A stretch of 63,323 nt of DNA, the filler included, from Salisapilia sapeloensis CBS 127946 (Eukaryota > Protista > Oomycota): the NCBI GenBank assembly GCA_023334545.1. It is 6 parts of 6 records of this genome, joined end to end, with 100 filler letters (N's around TTAATTAATTAA, not from the genome) between each part and the next. Parts side by side here need not be neighbours in the genome. Positions count along the whole stretch, not along the records: positions 56,260 to 63,323 come from JAADVB010000534.1; 5 more parts are not named here. The stretch is one strand, 5' to 3'. Below, one piece after another: positions 58,591 to 63,323 of this stretch; the first letter of the stretch is position 1; each line of letters opens with the position of its first letter. Under the pieces are notes generated by a model. The model was not told the DNA's origin. It did not search any database and saw only the letters and a list, made by a program, of their open reading frames with translations. The position numbers and the translations under genes were made by a program.

Positions 58591-60768
58591 ATGAAGACGG
58601 CCAGTCGTAACAGTGTCATCTTTATGATTTCGTTTACGGTCTTTCTGGCCTTCATGGATATCAAAGACTTGTACTACAAGCTCATCATGACAGGACCCCT
58701 GGCTCAAGGCGATTGGTCTTTTACTTGCGATATACACGAGAGTGTGACGGACATTGACCTAACGAAAGTGCTGAAAGAAAACAATGGAACCAGAATCGTC
58801 TCGCATAATATGTGGAACGCTCTAGCATCGCGGTGTGACTCCCTGAAGATCACGAAACTTGATGGTAAAGTTGCGCATTTAGGCGCTGTCGGCTCTGGGT
58901 GTGTCATCGATGGTGTGAAGCAAGACCGAGAGACCATGTTCGTCAGCAGCCTACGTATAGATGATATTGTGGCATTTGCTAGTATACTTGGTAATGCGAT
59001 CTACTACCCAATGAGCCATAAGACATGGTACACTGCAGTATGGGCCAACAACTACAACCTGCCCGAGATTACATTTGAGGCGGAGGCAAAGAAAATGGTC
59101 CAAGCCAACGATACTTTAGCGCTAAAGACCACACTCGACGCTATCTACAAAATGTTTGGGGAGAGTCCGAATACATGGGAGACAACCCTTTGTTATGAAA
59201 TGATGGACATGCCCGAAGTGGGCAAAGTCCAAAATAAAATCATCCCGATTGAGTTTGGATGCATTTGGACGGATGAAAATGATGAAAATTTGCGGACATT
59301 TCATATTCCTCCGACCATAGGCAAGTATTTTCGCTACTACATCGAGCAACTCGGAGCGATGTGGCATACCGTTGATTTTGTCTACATTAGCCAGCTTACG
59401 ATGCGTAACGAAGTTCGTTTCATCGCTCAATACACAATTGATCGGACTGAGACACAAAGCGGTGGAGAGGACAAATTTAGCCACTACTTAGTGCTCGATG
59501 TGTCCATGACCGGGGTCTTATATTACCTGATTATCATTATAGAGGTCATGATTATATACATCAATATCGGAGATTCTTGTGTCGTGGCGTTTCTAGTCAT
59601 TCGCCCCCTCGTGATTTCGAAGAAAAGGAGTGCTGTATATTCATCAACAATAAGTACGGGAACCAAAAGTAGCTATGCAACCTCTGCTCTATCGAATACT
59701 TCGGCTGTAGAAGATACTCAAGTGGAGGACACGACAACACAAAATAAGCAAGAAGAGCTTTCTCGAGTCCTATTGTACACGGACCTAAGTTCCGTCTCTT
59801 TTTGCAACAGCTTTCTGTGTGTGCTACTGCTCATTGATGCCATTGGGTCATGGCTATATATTGTACCTAATTCGACGATCATGGCTTGGTCCACAAGCTT
59901 TTTCCAGTTATCAAGTGCCGTCTTGAGTAACTTTCGCATTTGGCCAGTGGTCATTGTCATCATTAACAATATCTGGCGGTGGTCGATAGTCCTAGTGAAC
60001 GAGAAGCTGGCAGCGGTAATAACGGAGTTTACCTACATCACGTCGTTTGAAGTCATGTGCTCGACGCTCGTGGCAGTTTATCATGAGTACGACAACATCC
60101 TCGCACTTTGTCTTGTTAAGTGGGTATGTAATCTTGGTATTGATTATCGTTTGGTCTGCGTTTCTACTGGATAAATTTGTAAATAGGGAGCAATCGACCG
60201 GCAACGAGAGATGTTCGAGACTGCAGAAGGCATTCTCTCCTTCTACAATAGCTTCAATCGCTACAGTTATGGAGATCGTTCAATGGAAAGTGATGGGCTG
60301 GACACTTTGTACGCCCCATTGAAAAGTATCCTCATGAATGCTGTCGGGTACAGCATGCTCTTCGCAATTGTCAAGGGCATTTACTACGTAGGCAAGGCCT
60401 ACTATAAAGGCACTCTGATGAAAGAAGTGGGTGTGGTATGGCGTACATACCAGCGCAACACGATTGAAGTGTACATGAAAGACCCGATGCGTGCAAAGGC
60501 ATTAATTCGCTCACAGAAGCAAATGTGTTACCGGTTTGGTAAGTCGGTTTATATCCGTCCGTTCGTCTACCTCGAGCAGAACTACAACATCGCCCATGGC
60601 AAGTTCTGTCCGCGTCCATTGATCCCATTTAATACAAACGATATGTCGACGGTATTGGCTGATTTAAATTTATCTGCCTACACGGTCCATGGCGTTGTTC
60701 GTGATGAGCAAACGGGTAAAAACATACGCAAGCGTGAACATCTAGACAACCAAATTCCAATGGGCTAG
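58591..60768 (+). CDS. Oomycete-specific multi-pass membrane protein with a large extracytoplasmic domain; 2 exons
   Basis: ORF 58591-60174 joined to the 60211 frame by an intron GTATGT...TAAATAG (KW|GAIDRQREMFE); signal anchor plus several C-terminal TM helices. Confidence 0.75.
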
Positions 60769-62023
60769 AGACCTTATAACAATATGAATTCATGTTGGAT
60801 ATCTACAGCTGCAGCTATTCGAAGGACAAGCCCTTTCATGATTTAGCTGGAGCTCCAAGGCGTGCCGACAGTTCTATCTACATTTACTAATTGCCTTGTA
60901 AGGGTTTCATCTTCTCTCGGCTAGAAGAGATATCTCTTCTTTTAGACTTTCAAATCTTTATTCACTTTAATTTTTATATGTCTATGAGTTCTACTTTAGC
61001 ATCTCTTGTTTCCTTGTGAGTTGGAAACAGACTTCAAACTTTGAAGATCCTCGCAATTAGCCAGAAATAGATGGAACTAGAGTTGACTGAGTGACGGTTC
61101 AGTTGATCTCGACACAAATAACGCTATGAACGCTTTGTTAGTGGTGTCAAACTTATCAAAAACCATTTCATACGTTCATGTCTTGAGCACTGATGTTTTG
61201 GTTGTCCGGTTACTATAGTTCTTCGTCCCCTTTCAAGGATGTGGTCTATTAAGATAAGCTTGCTTGATAAACTTCTTATCCTTTGCAACAACAATACTTC
61301 TTCGTCATATAATTTAACTCATCTACATCTGTAGGTATATGATATGGAAATGTCGGACGCTGATAATCTAAAGGGTCCGATAATTCTGCAGGCAGGTGAA
61401 GATAACCATGGACACGACCTAGTGATAATTTCTGCCGTGCTTTACAAACTTTGACTCCCCCTAGTACTCTCTTTGATGTTTAGGAATGTTTTGAACAGCA
61501 GAGTACGTTGATATCGAGCTAATTATGTTAATTAATGCATGTTCCAGCAGACAATGACCTTATACCAGCATACCGCCGCGTATTCTGTGCAGTTTGCTCC
61601 GTCATGGATTCGCACTGGGTTCCGATGTATATCAGCTACCATTTCAAATGCTTTCTAATAGAAATAAAAGCTCCAACGCATATCACAATGGCAATTTAAG
61701 CGCATATGCATCCAAGCCACCTGGGGATTTGTATTTTAATCCAGTAATGAGAGTCGTCGTGATGCATTTCTGTAAAAGGAAAGTGTCTTTAAAACATTAT
61801 ATAGCGAGGGAATGCTGATTGAGTGTATCTAATGGACCAATGCTTTCGTATTTTGACACAAAAGCCTAAGCCATGAGCGTCTAATATATTTTAATAAATT
61901 TTAGAATTTAATGCAACTTCGAAACGATCTACCGATTACCTTAACGAAAAAGATTACTGTGTAGAGAAGCAAAACGATATTCAATGCTAAGCATATAGCT
62001 GAGATGCTGTCTTAACTATCAAC

Positions 62024-62914
62024 TTACACGAAGTCCGCAACACATCGTTCAGAGAGTGTCCATAGTTCTCTTGCGAGGTTAGCATCTCGCGCTTGCTTGG
62101 ATGGCTGCCAAGGTTCATCCACGCGAATGTACTCAGCATCTTGTACGCTCATAGAGTTCCAATCGTCCGCAGCAAGACGGCACATGAAATTGCCAGAGTA
62201 GTCTGGCGTAGATACTCGGACATTCATGATGTATTTGCAAGCAAAGGCTACAATTATCATGACAAAAGGTTTCATGAAACCGATGCCACGACCAAGCTCG
62301 GTATCAGGTACGCAGCCAGGTGTATACGCAATGATCTCCGGTCCATTCGGATAACGACGTTTGAACTCCTTGGTAAAGAGCACGTTGCAAAGCTTGCTCG
62401 TGGCATATGCGACACCCCAGTTGTAGTGAGGTCCGCCCTTCGATACCTTTGCCAGGTCACTAACATCAGGCCTGCCTCTAGCTGTATCGTCTGGATCATG
62501 AATTTCAGAGCTGACGACAACTATACGTTCCGTACGCTCTCGAAGAAATTTAACAAGAAGAAAGTGAGCAAGATGATTGACACCGAACGTTTGCTCATAA
62601 CCGTCCTCTGTGAGTACCATCGATAAGTTTTGTACACCAGCGTTGCAGACGATAGCAGAGAGCTGCATGTTTCGGGCGATGAGCTTCTGGCAATAACTCT
62701 TTACGTTTGCAAGACTGTTCAGGTCTATGACTCCAACTTCCACAGTTGCCGACGGATGAGCTTGAGCAACAATTTGCTCAACTGCGGCATCGAGTTTCTC
62801 CTTGTTCCGTCCAGTAACAATTACGTGGGTATTTTCACGCTGCGCTAGAAACTTGCAGCATGCAAAGCCAAGACCAGTGTTACCACCGGTTACTAGAATG
62901 GTTGTCTTTGACAT
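62024..62914 (-). CDS. Short-chain dehydrogenase/reductase (retinol dehydrogenase/protochlorophyllide reductase-like classical SDR)
   Basis: TGGNTGLG, IDLNSL, CNAG, FGVNHLAHFLL, VVSS and YATSK. Confidence 0.92.
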   Translation of the reverse strand: MSKTTILVTGGNTGLGFACCKFLAQRENTHVIVTGRNKEKLDAAVEQIVAQAHPSATVEVGVIDLNSLANVKSYCQKLIARNMQLSAIVCNAGVQNLSMVLTEDGYEQTFGVNHLAHFLLVKFLRERTERIVVVSSEIHDPDDTARGRPDVSDLAKVSKGGPHYNWGVAYATSKLCNVLFTKEFKRRYPNGPEIIAYTPGCVPDTELGRGIGFMKPFVMIIVAFACKYIMNVRVSTPDYSGNFMCRLAADDWNSMSVQDAEYIRVDEPWQPSKQARDANLARELWTLSERCVADFV

Positions 62915-62962
62915 GGTTAAATAGCGGTTGTTCGCGATGTTTCCGGGTCTTGGATTGTAGGT

Positions 62963-62978
62963 AAGTGAAGTAATGAGC
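62963..62978 (-). promoter_or_regulatory. Oomycete initiator (INR)-like element upstream of the SDR
   Basis: GCTCATTACTTCACTT about 50 nt upstream of the ATG partially matches the oomycete GCTCATTYY core promoter. Confidence 0.3.
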
Positions 62979-63323
62979 TCGTGGACTAGCTGACACTTAG
63001 CAAAAACCCCGCTCCGACTTCAACTAGAGTGTTGGTAAATCGTAAACAGTTGTGAGAGTGTTTGTATTTGCGATGTTGACGGTTGTCTAACACGAAGCAG
63101 CGAGAAGTAGAAAAGAAGATCAGTGTGCATGGAGCTGAGGTGCAAGTAAATATTGTCATTTCCGTTAAAATCCACCGACTACCAGCTAAGTGAAACGGAA
63201 ACAAAAGAGCAATGGAAACCCACTGGTCGTCCTATGCTCAGCAATATATATGTGTAGACGGCTACGCATATCTGCAGTACATGCGCCGCATAGCTTTCCG
63301 CCCACATGAATCCCTCACAATAC

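Overview
Eukaryotic genomic DNA from an oomycete (stramenopile). Support: short GT-AG introns of about 50-70 nt, CBEL, an elicitin-like protein, a bifunctional IGPS-PRAI gene and oomycete-type membrane families. The species cannot be determined from the sequence. The window is a draft scaffold: five 100-nt N gaps each contain an artificial TTAATTAATTAA linker, so adjacency across gaps is unproven. Positions 1-43.8 kb are gene-dense, with mostly conserved genes often in head-to-head pairs: meckelin-like, VMA21, AMSH, anamorsin, trpCF, trmB, cis-prenyltransferase, ADA2, PHO84-like, kinesin-13-like, CBEL, CENP-B/pogo-like, PPR, ABCB, VTI1, NDUFV1, Siw14-like, EamA and riboflavin kinase. Positions 43.8-63 kb are gene-sparse and repeat-rich, with secreted or lineage-specific genes and transposon debris. 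The best novelty candidate is a five-exon gene (50090-51991, minus), absent as a unit from the ORF track, that fuses a psq/CENP-B-type HTH to a catalytically degenerate uracil phosphoribosyltransferase fold; it may be a nucleotide-sensing transcription factor analogous to bacterial PurR/PyrR. Other highlights: a GH5-EGF protein lacking its catalytic nucleophile, a fungal-type GH71 alpha-1,3-glucanase, a meckelin apparently without its ectodomain, a TIR/TSD-defined MITE, and a TSD-flanked insertion inside a dead Harbinger-like transposase. All family calls are from motif recognition by eye; no database search was run, and exon boundaries were inferred manually.
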